The notes beneath the pieces are model-generated. The model was not told where the DNA came from and made no database searches. It worked only from the letters and a program-made list of their open reading frames with translations. Below are positions 27,073-37,315 of a stretch of 64,000 bases of DNA, one piece after another (the first letter of the stretch is position 1; each line of letters opens with the position of its first letter). Position numbers and translations under genes: made by a program. The stretch is from Verrucomicrobiales bacterium (lineage in GTDB: Bacteria > Verrucomicrobiota > Verrucomicrobiia > Verrucomicrobiales > V1-33): NCBI GenBank assembly GCA_031411295.1, contig JANOAV010000181.1:1-64000 (forward strand). The letters are read 5' to 3'.

Positions 27073-30000
27073 TCAATCACAGTGGAGAAATTCATTGCTA
27101 CCGAAAAGCGTGCGCACATAAGCCGCCAGAGCGGCATTACTATCACCAGCGGCCCCTAACGCCATACGATAGGCTGCCAAAAATTCCGTGGCATCCGCGC
27201 GTTCGTCATCGGTGGGCATCCGCCCCAAAGCCAGACGGGTCGCGAGCTCGATCTGCTTGGGTTCCTCGCTGCTGACTGCGCGCAGGCGCTCGACAAACTT
27301 TAGCGCTTTGGCATGCACAAATGGATCGTTCAGGAAATAGAGCGCTTGTGTCGGCACCGTCGTGATGCGGCGCGTGGGCGTGGACGCGTTGGGATCAGCC
27401 CCATCGAAGAGCGCCAGGAACGGATGACGCTTGATGCGCTGCACCATGAGATAAACGCTGCGCTTGTCGTGATCATACAACGCCGAGAACGGCCCATGCT
27501 GCGTGAAAGCCCACGATTGAGCGGGTGGAAACGGATGAGCCAGTGCAGGGGCGCAATCCAGCGTGCCACTCACAGCGAGGATGGCATCACGGATTTCCTC
27601 TGCTCCCAGCCGACGACGGGGAAAGGCCGCATACAATGCTTCCGCATCAGGATTAGCAGCCGTCGTGGCGCTGGCTTGCTGCCAGGTTGCGCTCAATAAA
27701 ATGAGTCGGTGCATGGCCTTGAGCGACCAGCCACTGCGGGTGAACTGCGCAGCCAAATGGTCCAACAATTCCGGGTGCGTTGGTGGTTCGCTGCGCGCGC
27801 CGAAGTCGTTTGGAGTAGCCACAAGGCCTCGTCCAAAATGACTTTGCCAGACACGATTCATCATGACCCTGGCGGTGAGAGGATTGTCGGGTCGCGTGAT
27901 CCAGTGCGCCAACTCCAAGCGTCCGCTGCCGGATACTTCCGCTGGCAGCGATGCATTGCCTAACACACGAATAAATCCTCGAGGAACTTCTGCGCCAGTT
28001 TTTTCAGGCTCCCCGCGGATCTGGATTCTGGCCGCATGGGGCGTTCCTTCTGCCACCCCGTAAGCCATGGCCACGGGACCATGGGAAAGTTTGGCCTCCA
28101 GTTCCTTCCGACTCTTTTCAATTTCGCTTTGGCGTTGTTCGATCTGCTGTCTCAGCTCTTTAATCCGGGTCTGTTTATTCGATGAACGAGGATCGCCTGC
28201 ATATTGCACCGCAGGCGCTTCCAACGCGGGTAATGGATCCGTCGTGATCTGAAAATTGTCCGTATCAAGCTCGGGTTTGGCACCATTTACATGACCACTG
28301 CTATCGATGAAGAGATAGTCGATCCGGCCATCCCAACCGTTGGCGAAGTTGCCACTGAACTCCGCCCGCTTTTCCTTGGTCGCCACCGATCCCGTATAGG
28401 TCTTCGCCTTCAGGTCCAGGATCAGTTGCACCTGATGCCACTCACCCGGCTGGAGCGGGGCGGCCAGTTCATTCACGTCGCCACTGCGGCGGAAGAATTC
28501 ATTGCTGTTCAATCCTAACTGCACTGCGGCGGAAGTAGGCTTGTGGCCGATGTGGAATCGCCACGTGCCTTTGGCCGCCTCGTCAACCCCACAACGGAAA
28601 TCGAAACTCACGTGGAGCTGCGGTGCTTGCTCTGCGGCCCAGGCTTTCGGCAAGCGATTGCCATAACCATTGTAAGCACCCTCGGCCGTAGCTGGTAGGT
28701 GGATTCCCAGGGTTCCGCGCGAGTAAATGTTTTGCCACGGGCTCTGAGCGGCCGTGGAAATAATCACCGCGCTGTTAGGTCCAGGGTGCCAATTGGCTGC
28801 GGGAGCAGTGCCATTGGTCTGCCCTTCGAGATCACCATCCATGCCCGCCAGCGCCTGCAGTTCCGCTGTTAGGGTAGCGAGCACCGGAGCCTCAGCGCTC
28901 ACGCCCACCGGGGTCAGCGAAACAGCAGCGAGCGACTCCGATTGCACGCTGATGTTATCCAAATCCAAGGCTGGCAACGGATCGTTTCCTGACGATGCGG
29001 CATCAAGCGCAAGCCAATTGATGCCGTCGTGCACATTGCTTCCAAACGGCCTTGGCGCAACGTTTACGGTGTTCCCAGGAACTCCCACGGAGCCGCTGAA
29101 AGTGCGGGCGCTCAAGTCCAACGCGAGTTGCAAACACTGCCAGTCGCCCGGCTTGGGCAGCGGAATCGTCAGCGGTTCGCTCCCGTTAGTGAAGGATAGT
29201 TCGTTGGCAGAAATGAACGCCTCGACCACAGGCAACTTGCCCTGGAGGCCAATCGCCAAGCGATGACGCCCCTTGGCCGCAGCGTTGTTCGTTGCTGCCC
29301 GGAATTCTAGATTCACATGAACGACACCTTTGGTAGGCGCTGGATGAAACGTTTGTTGAATCACATATTTTTCCGATCCCTCGGCCACATGAGCCCCGAC
29401 CGTGCCAAATGGAAACAGATGCTTGAACGGACTCTGGCTGCTCGTGACCGAAACTTTCCCTGCAAAGAGCCAAGGCGGCACCAGCACCCCATTGCTACCA
29501 CCCGCCGCTGCTTTCTGCATTTCGAAATCTCCATCCATGTCGTCCAGCGAACGCAGCACGGCGGCCGGCGTCATGCTCAGGGAAGCAAAGCCTGCCTGCA
29601 GTTGATTCCATTGCGCTCGCGCTTCTGACAGCGGCACCAGCGGCACCGTGGAGCGATTTTTCTGCTTTTGCTCGGAACCGGGAAACGCGTATTTCGTGCT
29701 CTCAAAAATGCCGTAAAGTCCGTAGTAATCCTGCACGGAGATGGGATCGAACTTGTGATCATGACAGCGGGCGCAGCCCAGCGTCAAGCCTAGCACGCTT
29801 TGGCCCAGCGTGTCGATGGTGTCCTGAATGGTGAGGTGGTGGTAGTTTTCAGAGTCGAATCCAAACCGCCGTGACAACGCCAGAAATCCCGTGGCCGTCA
29901 CTTGCTCCGCATAGCGTTCTTTGAGCCCCTGCTGGGCCAGAATGTCGCCCGCGATTTGTTCGCGGATGAATTGGTCATACGGTTTGTCCGCGTTGCAGGA

Positions 30001-30834
30001 ATCGATGACATAGTTCCGGTATCTCCAGGCATCGGGCACAGGATAGTCTGCGGTGTCGCCTGCGGTATCCGCATAGCGCACCACATCCAACCAATGACGA
30101 CCCCAATGTTCACCATAATGAGGCGATGCCAGCAGGCGATCCACCACTTTGGCGAAAGCCTCCGGGCTGACGTCATTGACAAAGGCCTCAATCTCCTCCG
30201 GCATTGGCGGCAGGCCGATGAGATCAAACGTCACCCGTCGGATCAGCGTTCGTTTCTCGGCCTTGGCCGCAGGCTTCAGTCTCTGGGCTTCCAGCTTCGC
30301 GAGGATAAAATGATCAATCGATGTCGTCGGCCAAGTCGAATCCTGAACCGCCGGTGGTGGACTCTTCTTAACCGGATCCAGCGACCACGGCAGCTTCACG
30401 ACCAGCTTGTTTGCCGCTGGCGTGGCTGGATAAGGGGCACCTATTTTTACCCAGTGCGTGAGATCGGCAATCACGGCATCCGGCAACTTCATCCCGCCAC
30501 TTTTCGGCGGCGGCATCTGGCGTTCGACGTCATGATAACCAATCGCTTTCAGCAATAAACCTGCCTCAGGGTTCTCCGCATCGAACACCATCCCATCGAT
30601 GCCACCTTTGAGGAAACCCTCTTTCGTATCCAACTTCAAACCGCCCCCAATCTTCTTCGCCCCAGCGCTGTGGCAGGCAAAACAATGCTCCGCGAGCACT
30701 GGCCGAATGCTGTTTTCAAAAAAAACCAACCCCGCCGCATCCGTTGCCCCTAATACCGACGATGGCCCCATCAATCCCACTGCTGCTGAGAGCAGGAGTG
30801 CGGCGGTGGTTCGGACGGATAAATTGGGAGACAT
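27073..30834 (-). CDS. Planctomycete cytochrome c + DUF1549 + DUF1553 (PSD1) protein with a duplicated internal domain
   Basis: FFENSIRPVLAEHCFACH, YGEHWGRHWLDVVRYADT, CARCHDHKFDP, NPLTARVMMNRVWQSHFGRG, PTHPELLDHLA. Confidence 0.92.
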   Translation of the reverse strand: MSPNLSVRTTAALLLSAAVGLMGPSSVLGATDAAGLVFFENSIRPVLAEHCFACHSAGAKKIGGGLKLDTKEGFLKGGIDGMVFDAENPEAGLLLKAIGYHDVERQMPPPKSGGMKLPDAVIADLTHWVKIGAPYPATPAANKLVVKLPWSLDPVKKSPPPAVQDSTWPTTSIDHFILAKLEAQRLKPAAKAEKRTLIRRVTFDLIGLPPMPEEIEAFVNDVSPEAFAKVVDRLLASPHYGEHWGRHWLDVVRYADTAGDTADYPVPDAWRYRNYVIDSCNADKPYDQFIREQIAGDILAQQGLKERYAEQVTATGFLALSRRFGFDSENYHHLTIQDTIDTLGQSVLGLTLGCARCHDHKFDPISVQDYYGLYGIFESTKYAFPGSEQKQKNRSTVPLVPLSEARAQWNQLQAGFASLSMTPAAVLRSLDDMDGDFEMQKAAAGGSNGVLVPPWLFAGKVSVTSSQSPFKHLFPFGTVGAHVAEGSEKYVIQQTFHPAPTKGVVHVNLEFRAATNNAAAKGRHRLAIGLQGKLPVVEAFISANELSFTNGSEPLTIPLPKPGDWQCLQLALDLSARTFSGSVGVPGNTVNVAPRPFGSNVHDGINWLALDAASSGNDPLPALDLDNISVQSESLAAVSLTPVGVSAEAPVLATLTAELQALAGMDGDLEGQTNGTAPAANWHPGPNSAVIISTAAQSPWQNIYSRGTLGIHLPATAEGAYNGYGNRLPKAWAAEQAPQLHVSFDFRCGVDEAAKGTWRFHIGHKPTSAAVQLGLNSNEFFRRSGDVNELAAPLQPGEWHQVQLILDLKAKTYTGSVATKEKRAEFSGNFANGWDGRIDYLFIDSSGHVNGAKPELDTDNFQITTDPLPALEAPAVQYAGDPRSSNKQTRIKELRQQIEQRQSEIEKSRKELEAKLSHGPVAMAYGVAEGTPHAARIQIRGEPEKTGAEVPRGFIRVLGNASLPAEVSGSGRLELAHWITRPDNPLTARVMMNRVWQSHFGRGLVATPNDFGARSEPPTHPELLDHLAAQFTRSGWSLKAMHRLILLSATWQQASATTAANPDAEALYAAFPRRRLGAEEIRDAILAVSGTLDCAPALAHPFPPAQSWAFTQHGPFSALYDHDKRSVYLMVQRIKRHPFLALFDGADPNASTPTRRITTVPTQALYFLNDPFVHAKALKFVERLRAVSSEEPKQIELATRLALGRMPTDDERADATEFLAAYRMALGAAGDSNAALAAYVRTLFGSNEFLHCD

Positions 30835-30947
30835 GTGACTAAGGGGAATCTGCAACGGTTGGTAGGGGAGTGTCGCACTGATTCCCCGAAAATGCACTTA
30901 CGGGTGGACGGAGCGACATTTTCCTTCGCCAGTTAGGCGTTGGTGGC

Positions 30948-31622
30948 TCAACCAGCAGACCTCGGGATGAATGGTGCCCAACTTTCGGAGGCCCAGTCGT
31001 AGATTTCTAAACAGGAAAACTTCTTTTTGTAGTCATAGTGACTTGGCTCTCTGGTGGCATATCCTGAATAGTAATACCGGAGCCCGCGCTCCAGACACCA
31101 ACGGATCTCGCTTAGCATGGTGAACACTCCCAAGCTGCGCTCGCTAAATTCCGGCTCGAAGATCCCATAAACGCCCGATCCCGCGGTGTCGCTCGCTTCA
31201 AGAAAACTGGCGGCAATCAAACGGTCATGGCACCAGACCTGGCATTCATGGCATGGAATGAGCAGTCCTGGTTCATCACCCAGGAAATTCGATAGGTGAT
31301 CGGGAATATTGGTCACGAATCTCGACTTATGTCGCTGGAACATCTCGCAAACTTCATCATGGAGGGAGGCGGGCACAAACTTCACTGACAGATCAGCATT
31401 TTTGCGCAGCACGCGACGCTGACTTTTACTCAGTTCGAATTTGGTCAAATCAAGTCGGAGTGGTTGGATTACACGTTGGCCGTCATCGTCGAAGGAGATA
31501 CTGTAGCGAAAGAATTCCCTGCCAAAATGCCGCCATCCCTTCGCCCACAAAAAATCCATCATCCCCGGCGTGGCTTCACTCAGCAAGGTTTGTTCAAAAA
31601 TGATCGGGGGGAGCGGTTTCAT
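30948..31622 (-). CDS. Arginyl/leucyl-tRNA-protein transferase (ATE/Bpt family)
   Basis: LWAKGWRHFG, SKSQRRVLRKN, FEPEFSERSLGVFTMLSEI, YYYSGY...YDYK. Confidence 0.88.
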   Translation of the reverse strand: MKPLPPIIFEQTLLSEATPGMMDFLWAKGWRHFGREFFRYSISFDDDGQRVIQPLRLDLTKFELSKSQRRVLRKNADLSVKFVPASLHDEVCEMFQRHKSRFVTNIPDHLSNFLGDEPGLLIPCHECQVWCHDRLIAASFLEASDTAGSGVYGIFEPEFSERSLGVFTMLSEIRWCLERGLRYYYSGYATREPSHYDYKKKFSCLEIYDWASESWAPFIPRSAG

Positions 31623-31759
31623 CGGTGCATAACGACCAGAGATTGTGGTGCTGATATACCCTGACTGCAAGGTCCCATTTTTTTGTTGCCGCCAAGGACC
31701 GACATCGTGCATCATTGCGCAATAAATCGGAATTCCCCGACGATTTGCTCCTCCCTCAT

Positions 31760-34700
31760 ATGACTCCCCGTTCCTTGCTCCTCGGCTGCGCAGCCTTGTG
31801 TCCTCCTGCTTTAATCGCTGGCTCCTTCTCCCAAAATTTCGAAGGTCTGGCCAACAACACTCCGAATGTCGCCATTAACGTGGTGGGCAATCTCAATGGC
31901 ACCAATGCCACTGGCGGCACGGTCATTTCCAACAAGAAGGAAACGACTGTGACCACGGTGAACGTGGGCGTCATCAAGACGGCCGTAGGCACGGCTGGGA
32001 CGACGGCGTTGCGCTTGGCGGATAAAGCCACGGGAAGCGCTGCGGGCGCCATGATTGTCCCCGTGCTGGATGGCGCTACGGCCACGGTGGGGGAGTTCAC
32101 GGTGGAGTTGGATTTGCTGCTGGACAAGACCGCAGCAGCCACTCCGGCGGATGGTTTCAATATCAGTTTCGGTTCCAGCGGCAATGTTGCCTTGAGCGGC
32201 GTGGGTGGCGCGGGAGGGCATACTTCGGCTTATGGCTTGGTCGTTAATTTTGACAACTTCCAGAACTCCACCGCAGATCCGCGTTCGATTGAAATCTTCT
32301 CTGACTTGCTGTCGGTGGGAAATTTTCTGGCCACCGCGTTGCCCGGTGGAAATTTCACCTATGATCAGACTTTTCGACACCTCTTTCTTCACTGGGACTC
32401 CAGCAACGGCTTGGACCTGACTTACGGTGGACAAGTCATCTTCAACGATCTTCCCACTCCCGGCTTCTTTCCGCAGCCGAACGCAAATTTTGCCTTCAAT
32501 GCGGCCACGGGAGGTTCCACGGAAGATGCTTATATCGATAACATCGTGATCACCACCGCAGTCTCGGCTCCACCGCCGAATGTGGTCACTAGCAATGTGG
32601 TGATCGAGGAAATTATGGCGGACAACGCCTCGGGATTGGAGGATGAAGACCTGGATCAGCCGGACTGGATCGATCTCTACAACGGAACGGCCACGGCCGT
32701 CGCTGTGGCTGGCTGGCAGCTCAGATATACCAGCGCCACGCTGCCGCTGCCACAGGTCACTCCGCCTCCGGCAACCTACCCCCTGCCGACGCTCAGCCTT
32801 CCGGCCTTCAGTCACCAAATCGTCTTCGCCTCCAGCAAGAATAAATTTACCAACGTGCGCCCGCACACGAATTTCAATCTCAACAAGGAAGGTGGCACGC
32901 TGGAGTTGCTGGCGGCAGACGGAAGCACCGTTGTCCACGCGCTTAGCTACGGACCACAGAAGGAGGACGTTTCCTTCGGTGGTTTGGGCAATGCGCAGAC
33001 GCTTGGTTTCCTGGACGTTCCCACGCCTGGAAAAAACAACACCGGACTACAGGCGACGAATTTTAAATTACCCGGCCCGGACTTCTTCAAGCCCGGAATC
33101 ATTCCGGTCGCGGATCAGCCCAGCACAGTCATCACCGCCAGCACTTCGCTGGGCATTGCTCCGCCAGCCAATGCTCCCGCTGGCGCGGAAATTCGCTACA
33201 CCCTAAATACTGGTGAGCCGACTAGCACCTCCACGCTTTACACCGGGCCCATCGCGATCACCACGGGCACGGCGGTCAAAGCCAAGGTCTTCGCACCCGG
33301 ATGGCTGCCATCCAAAACGGGAAATCGTTCCTTCATCTGGCTTTCCAATGCCGCTGATACCAATGCCACCACCTTGATCAATGTGGCCACGAACTACAAC
33401 GGTTCCGGGCAACCATTCAGTTCCAGCCTGCCCGTGATTGTGCTGGATAGTTATTTGCGGAATGTGGATGGCGTCACGAACCCAGCCGGGGTGCGGCCTC
33501 AGCGCTTCACACAAGCCGCCGTCTATGATGTGAACCCTGCCACTGGTCGCGCCAGCTTCAGCAGTGCACCCACGCAGGTGCTGCGCTCCGCCACGCATGT
33601 GCGAGGACAGAGTTCCTCCGGCCAGGCCGAGCGGCCTTACTCGTTGGAGTTCTGGAAAGAAGATGAGGACACAGACCGGGATGAACCGCTCCTGGGCATG
33701 CCTTCCCACAGTGATTGGGTGCTCATGACGTTGACGTTGGACAAATCCATGATGCGAAACTACATCATGCAGCAGGCGATGTTGGATGCCAACGGACCGG
33801 GTGCAGGCGTGCGCTGTCGCTTTGTGGAAGTGTTCTTTAACCAGGGCAATAGCACGCTGGATTACGCGGACTACCGGGGCGTCTATTTGCTCATGGAAAA
33901 AGTGGGCCGAGCCAAGGAGCGCACGAACCTTGCCAAACTGAACGACAGTATGAGCGATCCATCGTTGATCAATGGTGGCTTCATTTTCAAGAACGACAAA
34001 ACGCCCTACGAATATAAAATCAACGCCACCTCGAACGCGGCTATCCCCGGTTCCAGCAGGGATTACGATATCTACGATCCCGAACCAGTCACCACCCTGC
34101 AGGCCAATGCGTTGGTGAATTACTTGAATCAAATGACCACCGCGCTGGCCTCCGCCACCTACAATGATCCCGCCAGTGCCAACTATTATGGCAAGTGGTT
34201 GGATGAACGCAGCTTCATCGACAAGACGCTCTGGTATGAGTTCTGCAAGGAAGTGGATGCCTATACTTTCAGTTACTACTTCTCCAAGGATCGCAACGGC
34301 CCCATGAGCGCTTTTCCCTTCTGGGACGTGGATCGCAGCTTGGGAAACAGCAATTATGCGAGTTCCAACGCCACCTTCGGCTTCAAGTGGTGGGTGGCTG
34401 GCAGCAACTACACTTACTACACGCGACTCGATGATGATGCGGAATTCAACGACCGCTATTGGAATCGCTGGACCGCACTCAGGCGCTCCATTTTCGCCAA
34501 GAGCACGTTATTTAACCGGATCGAAGGCGTGTATAGCCAACTCACGGAAAACAGCACCGCAGACATTGTCAACACCGCCAGCGTAGCCACGATGGCCATT
34601 CAGGTTCCTGCTGCGCGTCATTATCGGAAGTATCCGATCTTGGGGACGAATTCTTTTACCGGTGGGCAAGGCGCGCAAGTGGATCACAACACGTGGCGCA

Positions 34701-36655
34701 AGGAAGTGGATGCCATGAAGACCTGGATTTCCGAACGCTTGGAGTGGTTGGATGGGGCTCCGCAAACCACGAGCACCACCGTCCTGGCACCACGCCTGAA
34801 GCCCACGGAAATCATAAATGCGGCCACTGGGCTGCCGCAGTTCGGCGGTAATGTGCCGGTGGGCTATCAGTATCAAATCGAAAATCCCAACAGTGCTGGC
34901 GGCACGGTTTATTACACCGTGGATGGCGCTGATCCCCGCCAGACAGGCGGCACGTTAAACCCTGCCGCACTCACAGCGACCACGAAAACCGTCTCCGCCA
35001 GCACCCTGATGCCAAATGCGCAAACTTGGAAATGGCTGCTGCCGACCGCCGCTCCTGCCAATGACACCAACGGAGCCGTTTGGACTGCGGAAGCATTTCT
35101 GGAGAGTGCTTGGAGCAGTGGTGTAGCTCCGTTAGGATACTACAAGCCCGGCACCACCACGGGATTGACCGCCGTAATCGCAACCCCTGCGCCTACCTAT
35201 GCCAATGCCCTTAATGCCGCCGGCACCGGAGAACCGGGAGCCGCCTATTTTCGGACCACGTTTACTGCCACGGGAACTCCCAGCCTAACCAGTGCGCAAT
35301 TTGAAATCCAAGCGGACGATGGAGCGGTGATTTTTCTCAACGGGGTTGAAGTGGCAAGATTCAATTATCCATTGGCCCCGACCGTTCCTGCCTACGGCAC
35401 CGAGGCGTTAGGCCCGATTGATAATGGAAATAACTACGCTCCCATTGAAAGCACATTTTTCAATGTGCCGTTCGACAAAACGAAGCTCAGGGATGGCGTG
35501 AACACGCTGGCGGTCGAAGTCCACCAGGCCAACTATTCGTTCCCGCCCAATCCCACCAACGTTTATCCGCGCAATGATTTCTCCGACCTGCGCTTCGACA
35601 TGAAAATCACTGGATTCACCTCCAGCGCAGTTGGTCCGGCTTACACGCTGGCCTCCGCCGGGACTCACGTAGTGCGGACCCGGATTCAGAATGGCACCAC
35701 TTGGTCGCCCCTCACAGAAGCAGTATTCGTAGTCGGCGGCACGGCTCCGGTGGCTGGGGAATTGGTGGTAAGTCAATTGCACTATCATCCTACCGATCCC
35801 ACGCCCGCTGAGTTGGCGCTGGGTTATAACAAGGAAAATGATTTCGAGTTCATTGAATTGATGAACATTTCCAATCATCCGCTCGACCTCAGCGGCGTGT
35901 TGTTTGAAGGCGCGGTGGTCTTTAATTTTGCCGGAGCCTCCCCTGCCGCACGTTATTTGGTGCCCGGGGCTCGCGTGTTGGTGGTGGAAAATGTGACCGC
36001 CTTCACTTCCCGACTTCCCAGTGGCGCGAATCCTTTAGTAGCCGGGGCTTACGGTGGAAATTTCGCAAATGATACCGAGGAAATCATTCTCAAAAATGGG
36101 GCCTCAGAGTTACTTCGTTTCACCTACTTCGACAGCAAACCCTGGCCGAAACAAGCCGACGGTTCCGGTCCCAGCTTGGTGCTGAATTTGCCCTTCACGA
36201 ATCCCAATCACAATAATCCACTCAATTGGCGTCCAAGCTTCATCAGCAATGGATCTCCCGGTGCCGCCGATGCGCCAGCCTTCACAGGCTCATGGAATGC
36301 CGACACCGATAACGACGGCTACACCGATGGAGTTACTTATGCCACCGGCTTAACTGCCAGCGGAGCGCCTCCAGTCACTCAAGCCACCGAAGCCCGCACA
36401 ATTGCACCTTCGTTAACCCCAGCGGACTACCTCATCATCCGCTGCGTGCGCAAACTTAATACCGATGCCCTCATCCAGCCCGAATGGTGTGATGACCTCA
36501 GTTCCTGGACCACTAACGGTCTGATCTATGAAGGCGTGGACACCACTCCCGCCAACACGCCAGCGGGCACCGCCATCCTCATTTTCCGCAGCGCAGATCC
36601 CTTATCTACAGCCACCACCCGTCAGTTCCTGCGCACCAAAGTGACGGGGTATTGA
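31760..36655 (+). CDS. Secreted lectin-like / lamin-tail / CotH-kinase family protein
   Basis: Signal peptide MTPRSLLLG. ConA-lectin-like segment (PADGFNISFG...FAFNAATGG). LTD (VVIEEIMADN...DWIDLYN). CotH (HVRGQSS, DYRGVYLLMEK, FWDVDRSLG). Second LTD (LVVSQLHYHP). Confidence 0.85.
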   Translation: MTPRSLLLGCAALCPPALIAGSFSQNFEGLANNTPNVAINVVGNLNGTNATGGTVISNKKETTVTTVNVGVIKTAVGTAGTTALRLADKATGSAAGAMIVPVLDGATATVGEFTVELDLLLDKTAAATPADGFNISFGSSGNVALSGVGGAGGHTSAYGLVVNFDNFQNSTADPRSIEIFSDLLSVGNFLATALPGGNFTYDQTFRHLFLHWDSSNGLDLTYGGQVIFNDLPTPGFFPQPNANFAFNAATGGSTEDAYIDNIVITTAVSAPPPNVVTSNVVIEEIMADNASGLEDEDLDQPDWIDLYNGTATAVAVAGWQLRYTSATLPLPQVTPPPATYPLPTLSLPAFSHQIVFASSKNKFTNVRPHTNFNLNKEGGTLELLAADGSTVVHALSYGPQKEDVSFGGLGNAQTLGFLDVPTPGKNNTGLQATNFKLPGPDFFKPGIIPVADQPSTVITASTSLGIAPPANAPAGAEIRYTLNTGEPTSTSTLYTGPIAITTGTAVKAKVFAPGWLPSKTGNRSFIWLSNAADTNATTLINVATNYNGSGQPFSSSLPVIVLDSYLRNVDGVTNPAGVRPQRFTQAAVYDVNPATGRASFSSAPTQVLRSATHVRGQSSSGQAERPYSLEFWKEDEDTDRDEPLLGMPSHSDWVLMTLTLDKSMMRNYIMQQAMLDANGPGAGVRCRFVEVFFNQGNSTLDYADYRGVYLLMEKVGRAKERTNLAKLNDSMSDPSLINGGFIFKNDKTPYEYKINATSNAAIPGSSRDYDIYDPEPVTTLQANALVNYLNQMTTALASATYNDPASANYYGKWLDERSFIDKTLWYEFCKEVDAYTFSYYFSKDRNGPMSAFPFWDVDRSLGNSNYASSNATFGFKWWVAGSNYTYYTRLDDDAEFNDRYWNRWTALRRSIFAKSTLFNRIEGVYSQLTENSTADIVNTASVATMAIQVPAARHYRKYPILGTNSFTGGQGAQVDHNTWRKEVDAMKTWISERLEWLDGAPQTTSTTVLAPRLKPTEIINAATGLPQFGGNVPVGYQYQIENPNSAGGTVYYTVDGADPRQTGGTLNPAALTATTKTVSASTLMPNAQTWKWLLPTAAPANDTNGAVWTAEAFLESAWSSGVAPLGYYKPGTTTGLTAVIATPAPTYANALNAAGTGEPGAAYFRTTFTATGTPSLTSAQFEIQADDGAVIFLNGVEVARFNYPLAPTVPAYGTEALGPIDNGNNYAPIESTFFNVPFDKTKLRDGVNTLAVEVHQANYSFPPNPTNVYPRNDFSDLRFDMKITGFTSSAVGPAYTLASAGTHVVRTRIQNGTTWSPLTEAVFVVGGTAPVAGELVVSQLHYHPTDPTPAELALGYNKENDFEFIELMNISNHPLDLSGVLFEGAVVFNFAGASPAARYLVPGARVLVVENVTAFTSRLPSGANPLVAGAYGGNFANDTEEIILKNGASELLRFTYFDSKPWPKQADGSGPSLVLNLPFTNPNHNNPLNWRPSFISNGSPGAADAPAFTGSWNADTDNDGYTDGVTYATGLTASGAPPVTQATEARTIAPSLTPADYLIIRCVRKLNTDALIQPEWCDDLSSWTTNGLIYEGVDTTPANTPAGTAILIFRSADPLSTATTRQFLRTKVTGY

Positions 36656-36775
36656 AGGTGGATTGGTGAATTGCCAAGAGTCTCAACACATACTGACCTC
36701 AGCATGTTCCTCCGCTTAAAAGCATGAGTCCAACTCATGTTCCAGAAACGCTCCGTAGCATGCTCCGCAACATAC

Positions 36776-36800
36776 GTTGGAGTCCCGACCTTTAGGCGGG
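36776..36800 (+). repeat. Degenerate REP-like copy (family of 1814 and 25390)
   Basis: GTTGGAGTCCCGACCTTTAGGCGGG. Confidence 0.6.
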
Positions 36801-37315
36801 GCAACATGATGAGCCGCCGCACGCTCCGACCACAGCATGTGGGGGCAAAGGAAAGAAACTGCATCGAAAGTCCAACAACAGAATCTCTGCGTCCCGCAGC
36901 GTCCTCTGCGGTTAAACTGGATCTGTCAGGAAGCCGGAACCAATGATCCGCCAGATCCAGAGCTAATGGGATACTCAAATAGGTGTGCAGGAACATCCTG
37001 CAACCATCAGCCATCAATGGATCCGAACAAGAGGTTTTCGGGTGGTTGAGGCATTTGAATCATTGGATAGAGGGGATACCAAAAGTAAGTGGCTTAACGC
37101 TGCGGTGGGTGCTCGGCTTTTGGCTGGATTTGGCCACGAGGATCACAAAATATACAGGTTGGAAATCAAGTTTTCCACGGCTTCAGATCGACCGCAGATG
37201 CCATGGGAGTAACGGCAGTTAACGCGAATGCGAGGTCCGTGACGGTGGATTTCCGGCTTCTCCTGCGGAAAATTGCACCCACTTCAAACTCGTCAAACTC
37301 GCGAATCCCCCATCC

